From NCBI RefSeq assembly GCF_009914755.1, contig NC_060939.1: a DNA stretch of 64,000 nucleotides. The stretch is one strand, 5' to 3'. The notes below the pieces were generated by a model. It worked only from the letters and a program-made list of their open reading frames with translations, had not been told where the DNA came from and did not search any database. Below are positions 1-13,612 of this stretch, piece after piece; within the stretch, counting starts at the first letter, position 1; each line of letters starts with the position of its first letter. The position numbers were made by a program, and so were the translations under genes. Source of the DNA: the human T2T-CHM13v2.0 reference genome, Homo sapiens.

Positions 1-156
1 TAAGAAGTTATTTTATATGTTTAATCATATGTATCTGATTTAAATATGCTACCTATCAATACATTTCAAACAAAGGAAGGCCATGTTGCAGGTTTATGAA
101 AGTTAAGGTTAGTATTAGATAATGATTTCCTTCACCATTTAATAATGAAACATTAA

Positions 157-486
<330 letters not shown>

Positions 487-1417
487 AAAAACAACTATTT
501 TTTAATAATTAATTTACCCATTATCTACTATGTGCAGATCCAAACATTCGTGAGATAATCAGGGGCAGAGTCCAGCAACATGATTCTTTCCCCTTTCCAT
601 CTTCCTAATAATGGATATAGCTGGTAGAAATAGTAAGTGTAAAGTGCAAGGCCAGTATTTAAATATTCTCTCTTTCCATACATTCTCTAAGAAAGGGAGT
701 AATCAGTAGATTCAGCTCTCTTGAAAGAGAGGAAAGAGAATTTTGAGAGACACTTAACTTTACAAATTGGTAAAGCATGAACTGGTGTCAACTTGTTCCA
801 TTTTAAACTTGTGAAAACCAAGGTTTTCGAAGGTGACTGAATCACTTCCCCATTTCTAAAGCAAGAGAAAGGCAGAACCAGAATTCAAATTGATAGCAGT
901 CTCACTTCGGACAAAGTTCTTAGTCCCACCAAGTAAGAACTCATCTCTTACTACTACTCATCTCTCTTCTCGCATCTGCAATTGTTTAAGCAACAGCTTG
1001 GGTCAACATGTTTGAAATCAATTAAGTATCTTTTAGGATTTTATTATGCATACAACCTGGTTTAATTTCAAACTTCACTCCCACAATGGATGCATATATA
1101 CTCAGAAAGGTTGAAGCAGTTTATAATAATTTATACTAATGTACAGAGTCTTTTATCTGATCACTCAAAATTTTAAAAGCAAATCACTTTTTAAGTCAGG
1201 AATAAAAACAGCAAATACTCAAAAGGATATATGAAAAAGTAATCATGCTCACTTTTGACCTTAATAAAAAATTATTGTAACTCTAATTTTAAACAAAAGA
1301 ATATAGAAAAAGTTTCCTCCTCCCTCTGGCTTCCTGACATCTGGCTTTCCTCTATTGTTTTCAAAGCTGCCAGTATCCTGAGTTATACACAGATTACTTA
1401 CTGCAACACAAACTTAC

Positions 1418-1474
1418 CCTGTGAAGCGTCACTGTATGTTGTTCCCATATAGCTGTTTCCTCCATTGCTGTGCT
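1418..1474 (-). CDS. TJP1: TJP1 coding exon 2, STAMEETAIWEQHTVTLHR (57 nt, start of PDZ1)
   Basis: Minus strand reads ttttcttttcctttatcag|AGC ACA GCA ATG GAG ... CTT CAC AGG|gtaagt. Polypyrimidine acceptor, consensus donor, phase 0/0. Continues MSARAAAAK exactly as in ZO-1. Confidence 0.97.
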
Positions 1475-2176
1475 CTGATAAAGGAAAAGAAAAACAAATC
1501 ATTTACCTTTTAAGAAAATGTCCTTAATAAGGTGAGCAAGAACATCCAACAATTCAGCACACTGAAATACCAAAATTCACAGTTAATATTAGAGACACTC
1601 TGAAAGGACCTTAATAATTATGGAAAGTTTTTTGTTTGCTTTTAAGAGACAGGAAACGACACACAGGAACTTCCTTTGTTTTTAACTTAATTTGGACAGC
1701 TGCTCTATATTCATTTCATGCAAGCTGAAATCAGTATTCAAGCTAATTCTGCAACTTTATACTTAGAAAAGAATAAAAGTTGGAGCGGTATTATCTTAAA
1801 ATATCTAATGGCACGTAAACATTTAAAAGCATCTCTTATGTTTTACAAACGAAGGGAAAGTTAAATGCCTCTGAACACAGTAATTATAAATATACATGTC
1901 ACAGGAAAACAGATAAAACCATTAATAGGTTTGGCAAATGGCTGCTTTAACGTCACAAACATGACTACTCTACCTAGTTTCAGTTTTGCTACAGAATTAC
2001 TTCTCAAGCTTCATTTATAACCAAAAGAAAAAGAACAGCTTTTCTAGTATATGTATCACACACGTAGATACACACAAGAAACAAAAACAAAAAAGAACAA
2101 TCTCCCAAACTCCCCCAAGAATCATCATAAAATAAAAGCAGTAAGAGCTCCAATACAGGTCCTGCCCAAATTATAG

Positions 2177-2532
<356 letters not shown>

Positions 2533-2554
2533 GAAAATAAATTATTATCTAAGG

Positions 2555-2762
2555 CAGGGGTGTCCAATCTTTTGGCTTCTCTGGGCCACACTTGAAAGAA
2601 GAAGAATTGTCTTGGGCCACACATAAAATACACTAACACTAATGAAAGCTGATGAGCTTAAAAAAAAAATTACAAAAAAAAAAATCTCATAATGTTGTAA
2701 GAAAATTTACGAATTTGTGTTGGGCCGCATGCGACCTGTGAACCACGGGTTGGACAAGGTTG
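2555..2762 (+). mobile_element. MER30 (hAT-Charlie MITE)
   Basis: caggggtgtccaatc...gttggacaaggttg ends; 8-bp TSD atctaagg (2547-2554 / 2763-2770). Confidence 0.88.
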
Positions 2763-4032
2763 ATCTAAGGAATTAGCAGTAAGGAATTCAAAATAAATTT
2801 CTTTTAAATGGGGTTAATTGCTCTTGGAGACTTAAAATATTTCAGTCTCTCTTAATGTTACCATTTTATGAAACTGGGACTCCTAAAATGTATTTACAAG
2901 TAAATTTAAAAAAGATTCTTCAGAGTTATCAAAAGGTAAAGTAAAAAGGGAGAAGGCTAAGCATGACACTCTCAGATCACTAGTCACCCATTACTATAAA
3001 TGCCTATTTCATAAGTGAGGTCTGTTTTCTCTTACTGCTGTCATTAGCATCATGAGAATATGCCTACCAAGGTGCCATGGGCCCATTCTCTCCTTTCCCA
3101 CAGCGACTTTAATTGAAGATTAATGCCATTTTAGAAAGTAAGTCCCTATAAAGAAAGCCTGCTTCCCTAAATTCAAAGCAACTAGATTATCCTGCCAGAT
3201 GAATAAGAGAGGAGAGAGAAAGGATCTCTCTGTTCACTCCCATAGATAAGAACTGCCAACCTCACCAGCATTTGTTTCAATCTTCCAATGAAGTGCACCA
3301 AAACCTCCCTTTAATGAGACCTCCACTGGAAACAAAGCTGTTTTTTTTTTTTTAAACAAACATTGACCGGGATAATGCACTAAAAAAAAAAATTCTTCCA
3401 TCAATGAGAAGCAACAATAGTATGAGTAAATCAGCTAAACATCAACAGTCCCACTAACATACACATGATAAAAGTATCTGCAAGAGTTGCCAGTTTGTCC
3501 AATCTCAGCTGATATTAAGAATGAGAACTGCTTGCATAGCTCTCAGTTCATCTTTTCTTGATCTATTTCATTAACCAGTGACATTGTTTTACTGCCTTTT
3601 TAATCTTTTTCCTATCAGTCCAAATGGCAAGTGATGTGATAACATGCACTTAACTCTCTTTGATAACATACTCTATGGTATGAAACAGTTCATCATCCTC
3701 TCTAAGGTCTTAATGAACACAGTTTTCCATTTTGTAAGAAGATGTTAATCAAATGGGAAAATTTATTTAACATTAAGGGGGGAGCAGGTTGTAAAACAGC
3801 GTGTACATGGTTATCCTAATTTTGTTTAAACATTAGTAGGGAATAAAGGCTCAAAGGATAAACAAAATGTTAACATTGTTTATCACCTTCAAAGTAAAGG
3901 GACTGTGGGTGACATTTTTCTATCAGGTGTTTTATCTTCCTGCTTTCCTTTCTCCATTCCCCATCAGAACAAACTGGCAATGTATTTTAAACTATATTCA
4001 CAAAATCTCATTCCTATTTGACATTTCGAATA

Positions 4033-4356
4033 CAGACAGTCCCTGACTTAGGATGGGTCAACTTGATTTTCTGACTTTACGATGGTACCCATACAACCAT
4101 TGTTTTTCATTTCCACTACAGTATTCAAGAAATTATATGAGATATTCAACACTTTATTGTGAAGTAAGCTTTTGTGTTAGATAATTTTGCCCAACTATAT
4201 ACTAATGTAAGTGTTCTGAGCATGGTTAAGGTAGGCTGGGCTAAGCTTATGATACTGGGTAGGTTGGGTGTATTAAATGCATTTTTGACGTAAAGTATTT
4301 TCAACTTACGATGAGTTTAATCAGGACATTGTTCTAAGTGAGCTGAGAAGCATCTG
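4033..4356 (-). mobile_element. MER47A-like (Tigger family)
   Basis: ta|cagacagtccctgactt ... gagaagcatctg|ta; interior matches remembered MER47A. Confidence 0.8.
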
Positions 4357-6299
4357 TATCTGTTTTTCCACTTGGCTTTTAGGAAAATCAAATAATGCTT
4401 AAGAGGATTAATGTTCTTATTGTTAATTATAAAAAATGTTTATTCTCCTGTTAGTAAGCAATCTATACATTAAGGTCTTAATGTACAGTCTCCAGGAGGA
4501 GTGCAATAAGAGAAACTTGCTTTGTACAAGGGAGAAGACTAAAATACTAAAACATAATTGCTCTCACCATTCCACATCAAAATCAATATAGTTTTTCTTT
4601 GGAGGACTGGAAAAGTCCACATCTCAAAAAACTTCTCTGTTAAACATCAATTATAGCTTGATTTATCTGAAGGAAGACCTATGTAGAAGAAAGTAATTGA
4701 GAATGAAACATCAAAAGAAGTGGTTAGGCTCTTGACCAGCCACTAAACCAACTTAATCCATAATATAAGTGAGTTACTATGTTTTACCACTCCTTATCTT
4801 TAAAAAAAAAAAACAAAAAACAGAAAAATATATTCCTAGTTTAAATGATGGACCATGTCATCTCTCTCCATTCTCTAGCCTTTCATTTGCTTCTGTGGCA
4901 AAAGTAGCAAATTCTATCCATGGTTGTTTATATAACCAGGCAGTACTGATGAGGAGTTCTGAATGAGGAATGGAAGGATGAACAAACACGTAAATATGTA
5001 ATAATGCAAATACAGTAAAATGATAATGGTAGAATCTTAGTGGTTGGGATTCAGGTAACCATGGCAGACTGCTTTCAATCTTGTTACGTGTTTGAAAGTG
5101 ATCATAATAAAATGCTGAGGAAAAACTAAGAAATCCTTCTAGTAAATCACTCAGAAATCAAAGCTAAAATTGATATGAGACATTTTTAGTACCAGTAAAT
5201 TTATTAACCACTATTTTAATGAGCATTCCATAAAGAAAAAATGTTCACTAATGACTGAGAATTTTGATGCATTAGAAAAGCAAGGGGTGTGGAGGTTCCT
5301 TTGGAAGAATACCTAAGAAACGCATGGCTTCTGGAGTGGAGAAAGGAAAACCAGGTAGGAGGAGTCTCACTTTTCACTGGGAGCCCTTTGTACTTTTAAT
5401 TACATTCATCTATTACTTATCAAATTATTTTTAAAACTTAATATCCTTATTGTAAACTTGCTTGTCATTTTCTCATTTCAAACATGCACAAGGGATAACT
5501 GCATAACTTGCACAAAAAGCTTCTGGTAAATTACCAGTCTCAGGTTCAAGACATTTAGGCTTGTAGGAGACCAAGGGGAAAATGTATTACTCCTCTAAGC
5601 ATGATTCTAGCACTACCATTCCCTAGTAACTCAGACAGATGCTGGTGAACAGGAAATGAACTAGACCAGGCATAAGGAGACCAGAGCCGAAAGGTATCAT
5701 CAACTAGAAACGTGATCTTAATTTTCCTCACCTACACAATTAGGGAAATGGGTGAAATTATCTCAAATGAAAAGACTTTTCTAGCTCCAAAATTCTATCA
5801 GACTATAATTCCAATGAACAGGCTACAAATTCAATAATTAGTGAAGCACTGCAGGCATCAAAAGTGACTGCAATTCATGGTTGCTGGATTCTGAGTTCTG
5901 CGCACATTTCTAAGTCAGCATCAACTGACTAGAATCACAATTTCTGAAGAAGCAAAAAGCTGTATTTCACAATCTGCCAAGAGTTTGTTTAGTTTCTTTG
6001 TTCTAAGCTCCAGCTGGCAAAGACACTACTCAGATCACCAACTCTGAAGGGCTTCCTGCCAAAACTTCAGATCCCAGTTCTAGGCAGTTTCACTGTCCTT
6101 CAGGACTGATTACTGAATGGGGAAAGATAGGAGGGCACAATAACTGAAAAGACAGGATGAGCCTATAACTGGGAGAAGAACAAATCCAAAAGAGAAGATA
6201 TAAAGTATACTCCAAATGAAGAACTCCTTAACATTATCTAAATACACAGCCAGTTAAATTTTACTAACCTTATGGCTGTAATTTCAAAACCAATCCATG

Positions 6300-7000
6300 T
6301 ATCATTCATTCATTCATTCATTCAACAAACATGTATCAGACATGGTAAGTGTTGGGGAGGCCAAAAAAAGGTCCCTCTCCCTCCCTAGGGGCTCAAAGAA
6401 GCAGCTGAGAACACTAAATGGTATTTAGGTTGGTGCAAAAATAACTGCAGCTTTTGCCATTAAAATGGCATCAAAAGATATGAGCTTTTTGCACCAAAAT
6501 AAATAACTTTTGCACCACATAGATAAGAGCTGTTATGGAAGATGCAAAAGGACTGTGTCTGCTGTGAAGATCAGAGATCTGTTCCCTGAGACAGCAACGT
6601 TTTGAGTTCATCAAGCTTGAAGGATGTCCAGGAAAAAAGTGGAGAAAGATGTTTCAGAAGAAACAGCATGTCAGCAAGATTGTGTGATGCTACACATGAC
6701 GCTGGCTTTGATATGACTAAGTTGTACAATTTATGGAACAAGGAGAGAGTAAAAGGAGAGAAGGTGCAAGGGTACCAGATCACAACAGGCTTTATAATAT
6801 AATGCCAAGGACTTTAAACTCAAATGGAAGACACTAAAGAATTTTCGACGATCAAATGATGTAAGAATTCATCCTGAAGGCTGTAATGGGAAAATGATTT
6901 GAGAAAGGGAAACCAGTTAGAAAGTTAGTGAGAAGTGTGGGTGGAGTTCAAAATGGCTCTTGAGTAGTCAACCAAGTAGCAGTGCTGAAGTCAAAAGGAA
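6300..7000 (-). mobile_element. L2 fragment
   Basis: (TCAT)n caacaaac L2 3' end, followed by purine-rich antisense L2 body. Confidence 0.6.
6426..6520. mobile_element. MADE1 (Hsmar1 MITE), degenerate
   Basis: ttaggttggtgcaaaa...ttttgcaccaa inverted repeats around tgccattaaaatggca. Confidence 0.75.
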
Positions 7001-8723
7001 AAGATGTAATTACCCAAGGACTAAGATAACCCTGTGGACAACCAAAGGAATTTGAGAAGAAGCAGACAATGAGGATACATGAAAACCAATGGAGCTAATA
7101 CAAAACACTACTTACTGTCCAGAGAATACACCAAAGCTTAAGATCCCTCAATTTTTTAGATCAATACACCTCATTTATCTGACATCATAAAATAATAAAA
7201 TTTCCACAAATCTTCAAGGAACACCCTTTCTTGATGACATGCAGTTCCCCATTAGGAAAACCAATAGTAAAGGTATTAAGAACACTCTGTGAACCCTCCA
7301 AGTTCCTTCTGTGAGCAAAGCTGCTACACTGAACGGCTTCTCATTCCTTCTGAACTCCAAAGTGTTTCTGTTTTGGTCTTTTTGGCTTTTTTCCATCCAA
7401 ATTGAAAGCAAGATCATCTATGGAGATGAGGTTGAGCCAGGAACTTAAGGAGAAGGACAAGGTAGGTTTCAGTGAATAAAACAGATGACCCCTGCCCTTC
7501 AATGAAGTTTCAATTACATAATTTCAAATTGTGATCACTGCAACACAAATGAAGTACAAAGGGAATAGTGCTACATGTTAAAAGGTAAGGCAAAATATGT
7601 ATATTTGGACTGATCTGATGGGCCGTCATTTAAATTCCCAAAATAGAAATGTCCAGGAGGTAGTAAAAAAGATCACTCTAAAATAAAATGAAGAAGGGTC
7701 CTAACGATATTCAGGGATTCAACAAACTTCATGAATAGAAGATAAAAATTCAGGAAACATAAGAATTAAAATAATGATCAAAATAAGAAGGCAGCAACCA
7801 TAGGATAAAAGTCTCAATAGAAATTTAGTAAATTTAGCATCCAACACCCCACTGTATTCAACACTGGTTAAATTTACAAATGTATCACTGTGTCCATCCC
7901 TTGGTTAACAGTTTAGGAAACAAATGATGAGATGGATATGATTAGGAAATATTAGTCGGAAAGACAGACACAGTGAACCTGTAATTTTCTGGTTGATCAA
8001 AGCTGAAGGTCTGCTAAAAACATTAAGTTCACAGATAAGCTGCTACATTAGCTATAAAGTAAGAGTGAAAGAACATCAGCTTAAAAGTTACCATTATGTG
8101 TACATTAAATATTGAGAAAATCTCAGTAGGGACAGTTACAAATATTCTTGGAAACTTAAAATCTAGAGTGCTTTCAAGTTATCAAAAATAAAACTATTTT
8201 TAGGTATAGCATCTTCTAAAGGTTGAAGATAGATACAAAGATCTCTCACAATTTATTCAGGTAGACAGGAGGAGGAAGGGAATGGCATAGCAGAGATGAA
8301 GAGAGAGTGACAGTCCTCTGAGTATATCTTTTTGCATAACTCTCTTTCTTAGACCACAGTATTGTTTCATGACATTACCCTTCACAGATCAAAAAATTAA
8401 ACTATTAAAACCAAAAAGACATGAGGGGAGGGGAGGAAATCAAAAACAGAATAAAAACAGTAACAAATGAACATAACTATATTACAGATGGAGAATGTAA
8501 CCACACTAAAGAAGAGTTTAACTTTTCTATAAATCTAATATTTTAAAATAAAAAGTTTAAAAAAGTTATAATGGTATAGAAAAATGCAGAAAGATACCAA
8601 TTTTGGAAAAAATATTTACGTACTCAGAAAAAAAACTTGGTTTCAGAGTTGTATATTTTAAGTTTTTATACATCCTACAATGAACACATGAATTTCATAA
8701 TCCTTGAAAACTGGTAAACATCA

Positions 8724-9060
<337 letters not shown>

Positions 9061-9731
9061 CAGGGAAAAGTGATCTACACTGTTAGAAGTTGGGACAGGG
9101 TTACCTTTGTGTATGAAGTAACTCGAAGGGATGGAGGTGGGGGAGCTTCGGGACGTAAAGTAAATGTTCTTCCTTGATCTGAGTTGTGGGCAAATAGGCA
9201 TATTCACTTTGAAAATATATCAATCTGTGTACACCTATGATTTGCCTAATGTATTATGTTATTTAAAAATTCAAAATAAAGTAACCTGACAGAACTGTAA
9301 GTAATTTGACTGCAATGGATTAAAATAAATCAAATATGCTTCCATCCATCCATATGCCCACAGTGATTTTAAAAAATGATAAGTGCTGGCAGAACTCATT
9401 ATTTTGAGAAACTGGTACGTATAGGGAAAGAATAAGATATTTACTCTGTCTTTCCTATACAAACAGTACCAGTGGGCGATCAAAATAGTAGATGAAGGAG
9501 AGTTTCTTTTTTTAGAAGCACTCCAGCTAACCAATGAAAAAGGAATAATAAAAATTGAATATCATCATTTTGTAACACCTAGTGAATTAAGGGATCTACA
9601 CACTGATCATCAATGGCTGCAGACATCATCCAAAAACAACAGAAAAAACCCTGGGACCGAATGCCACTTATGAAGTAGAACTGTAAAAACAAACAAAAAA
9701 ATCAAATCTGAATCTGATCAAGGCTCTAGAT

Positions 9732-10069
9732 CTGTGCTATCCAGTACAGTAGCCACCAGCCACATGGGGCTACTCAGCACTTAAAATGTGGGTAGTCCAA
9801 ACTGAGACATGGTATATGTAAAATATATATATGATACGAAATATGTGATATGTATTATGATATGCTATGTGCAAAATATACATGATATGTAAAATATACA
9901 TGCAACAGTATTCAGAGACTGAATATGGAAAATAATTTAAAATATCTCACCTATAATTTTATATCATTGCATGCTAAAATGGTAATATTTTGGATATGTG
10001 TGTTAAATAAAACATGAAAATTAATTTTACCTTAAAGTTTTGGTGTGGCTACTACATTAGACAGAATTG
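9732..10069 (-). mobile_element. MER33 (hAT-Charlie)
   Basis: ctgtgctatccagtacagtagccaccagccacatg start; near-identical 8-bp flanks ctctagat / ctctagct. Confidence 0.8.
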
Positions 10070-10335
10070 CTCTAGCTACAGTTAACCAATTTACAGGAAA
10101 TACAGTGGGCCAACCACCATTGTAATCACCACAAGGAAGCAAATACCAAAATTCATACTGTTAAAATTTCTACAAATAATCCTGTTTCTCAACCAATAAA
10201 GCTGCAAGGGAAGAGGGGAAAGAGAGAGACAGAAATGGGGGACCTCATATGCCTAAGAGAAATGTTAAACAATCACAGTAAGAGGACCTCATCAAGGAAA
10301 GTTGACATTTAACACAATTAGAAAACACTAAACAT

Positions 10336-10664
<329 letters not shown>

Positions 10665-10738
10665 TTAAAAGTGTGCTAATGATAATGTAGTTATAGTACT
10701 TTTAAAAAAGACATCTTTTAGAGATATATATTCAGACA

Positions 10739-10931
10739 CATGTTGAGTATTCCATTCTATCTCTTCTCTGAAATGCTTCAAACCACGTGTTTCCGATTTC
10801 AGGGTGAACCATCCAAAATCCAAAAATCTGAAATCTGAAATGCTCCAAAGAGAATTTTCTTTGAGCATTATGTCAGTGCTCAAAAAGTACTGGATTTTGA
10901 AGCATTTCAGATTTGGGATGTTCACTATGTA
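10739..10931. mobile_element. Tigger4a/MER46-like
   Basis: ccaaaatccaaaaatctgaaatctgaaatgctccaa...ggattttgaagcatttcagattt characteristic internal palindrome. Confidence 0.7.
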
Positions 10932-11369
10932 CTAACAGATGAAAAGATATCTGGCATTTGCTTCAAAATAATGGGGAAGAGAAGACACAATGAATGAAGT
11001 ATAGATGAAATGAGACTGGCTGTAAGTTGTTAACCATACTGGGTGACAGTAATGTGGGAATTCATTATATTCCCCACATCCACTTTTCTATAGGTTTGAA
11101 AATTTTCCACTTAAAAGAAGGTAACTTGAGGGGACTAGAAATTAATTACTGATTTAGGAAAGACCCAAACCAAGAATGCAGCTACCATGATGCCAGGATA
11201 TTAAGTAGTATTTCCATGAGCTGGCTATTCCAGCAACTGCTTCCCCTCCCCTTTCAGAATAGTAAGAAAAATGCAACTAGTCCTGGAGATGGATTAGTAC
11301 CTTCCTTCTGCTGCTAAGCTGAATTTAAGGTGGTCTAACATTACCAGTAAGTGAGTTAACAGCATTGAA

Positions 11370-12250
11370 AAGGCAACTCTTGTCTAGAAGGGGTAACAGA
11401 TACTAATCAAATAATAGCAGAGAACTAAGTACAGGTTATCATAAGTGCTATAAAGGGGTACACAGAGTTTAAAGCACAGAGTTTTGACCTAGTTTCTGGG
11501 CTCTGGGCAAAGTCCTTGAGGAGAAGAGACAGCTATGAGGTGCATGAAAGATGGAGGTGGCAAGGTTTCCGGGTAGAAAAAACAGCACGTGCAAGAGCCT
11601 AGTGTAGGAAAGTGCATCTCTCATTCATTCAAATAATGTTTTGAGAGTTTCCTATGTACTAGACACTGTGTTAAACTACACGAATAACTGGACACAACTA
11701 GTATGACCTTTGTTCTCAAGGAGCTTACAGTCTAGCAGGAGAACCAAATGATCGAAAAACTCCATGGCTAAATATATAGTCACAAAGTTAAATAAGTACT
11801 ATGAAAGAAGGAAAAACAGTGCCATGAGGAACTCAAAGAGAAAGTTGACAGGAAGTACACTTGCTAGGAACCAAAAAGAGGAAAGCACAGTTTGAGAACA
11901 AGAAACAAGGAGGAAAAAGATACGATGTGGCTAGAGGGGTAGGCAGGGGCCAAATAATCCACTAGGAGCTTACTGACCATATTAAGGATTTTGATCTTTT
12001 ACTCTAAAGGTAGTTAAGCAGCCTAGGAATTTTAGGATGAGTGTTCGCATGTGTGTGTAGCGGGGCGGGGGAGAGCGGAGAGAAACTAATCAAACCTGGA
12101 TTTTGAAAAGATTATTTCAGAAAAACAGATTGTAAGGGGAAGAGGGGGGTATGATACTTAGGAGGCTATTACAGGAATCCAGAGGGAGGATTACTTGGGT
12201 GGGGGTGGGGGGGTGGTGGGAGGGAGAATGTAAATGGTTGAAAGTACGGA
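11370..12250 (-). mobile_element. L2 fragments
   Basis: tcattcattcaaataatg, ctcaaggagcttacagtctag and similar antisense L2 motifs. Confidence 0.65.
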
Positions 12251-12472
12251 TAAAACAAGTAGAAAGACCTGAGGTGCTCAGCAAATCAAAGCTGAATAGA
12301 ACTTGCTAATCAACCATTCACCATACTAGGTAGACATCCAAATTGAGCCAGGTACCCTGGATTTGGAATAGTCTTTCAACTCTATTGCCTAATCCATCAG
12401 ACTAAAGACTGTATCTCTTATCTAATGCCATTGTAATAATTTTTTCAAAAGTATCTCAGGAACCCAAGGAAC

Positions 12473-12719
12473 CTTCCTCTGAAACCATAAAACATCTTGC
12501 TGGGCTGAAACTACTAACCTACAGGCTGATTGATCTTTGTCCAGAAATAAATAAATGAATCCTCCTTCTGAAACCACAAAACATCTTGCTGGGCTGAAAA
12601 CTACTAACCTACAGGCTGATCTCTGTCCAAAATGAATGAATGAATGAATGAATGAATGAATGTCTTAAATAATCTACAGGCCAACCTTTGTCCATAAATA
12701 AACAAGTAAATAAATAAAA
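12473..12719. repeat. Local ~88-bp tandem duplication (2 copies plus a partial third) with (TGAA)n
   Basis: tctgaaacca(t/c)aaaacatcttgctgggctgaaa..ctactaacctacaggctgat occurs at ~12478 and ~12567; partial ctacaggcc..tttgtcca at ~12675. Confidence 0.9.
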
Positions 12720-13464
12720 TTCCTATATGCCTCCTCTCTGATATTAAAATAGGCTTCACTTAAAATGTTTTTAGAAGACACAGCTAACATAATAGCTTAG
12801 TATGTGCTGAGCCCACAATCACTCTGAGATGGGTCTTGTTTGCATTTTTACATTTGCATTTTGTGTACAGATGAGAAAACAGCCATTTAGTGGCAGACTC
12901 AGGATTCAGATTCCAGAGGCTAAACTCACATATAAGTAAAACTTAAGAGTTGCTCGGTGATAATCTTTTCAGTCCTTATTTTACTTGACCTCTCTGTGCA
13001 GGATCTGGCCTGCTGACAGGTGAATGGTGTTTACACGGGTGTTCACTTTATAATAATCCATTAATGTACATTTGCTTTATGTACTTTTGTACACATGGCA
13101 ATATATTTCACAATAAAAAGATATAAAAAACTAAGTCAACTAGCAAGACTTAAGTCAGGGTAACTTACATGAAAATCCGGATTTGCAACCTCTTGAAAAA
13201 CTGGGAGATCTGGCCTGTCTTCTTCCAAGAAAACAATCAGCTGGGGCTGAGCAAGAGCTGCTTCCTTTAGACAAACTGGCTTGTGCTCTGATGGAGCAGT
13301 GCCCTCTCTTCTGGCTTTCATGATTCATGCTGCTTTTCTGGTCTAAGACTTACCTAACACCATCCCATACTCTTCTCCCTGGTGCTCTCTTACAACACAC
13401 GAACATAAAAGGATGTGAATGTATGACTTATAGAACATGTAAGTAGATGTATGATTACCTATGG

Positions 13465-13612
13465 CAAGTAAATTTAACCTCAGATCCTTCACCTGTAAAA
13501 ACAGAGATAATCGTAGTATCTAACAGAATTGTGAAGATTAAATGGGATAATGCACATAAAACACTTAGCTCAGTATCTGTCACAGAGTCAGCATGCAATA
13601 TAAGGGGCTACT
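13465..13612 (+). mobile_element. MIR
   Basis: Core ctgtaaaacagagataat...ttgtgaagattaaatgggataatgc. Confidence 0.75.

Noticed and set aside
12473-12719. Repeat units resembling a CRISPR-like array
   Set aside because: Only about 2.5 tandem units with no unique spacers, in human intronic DNA.
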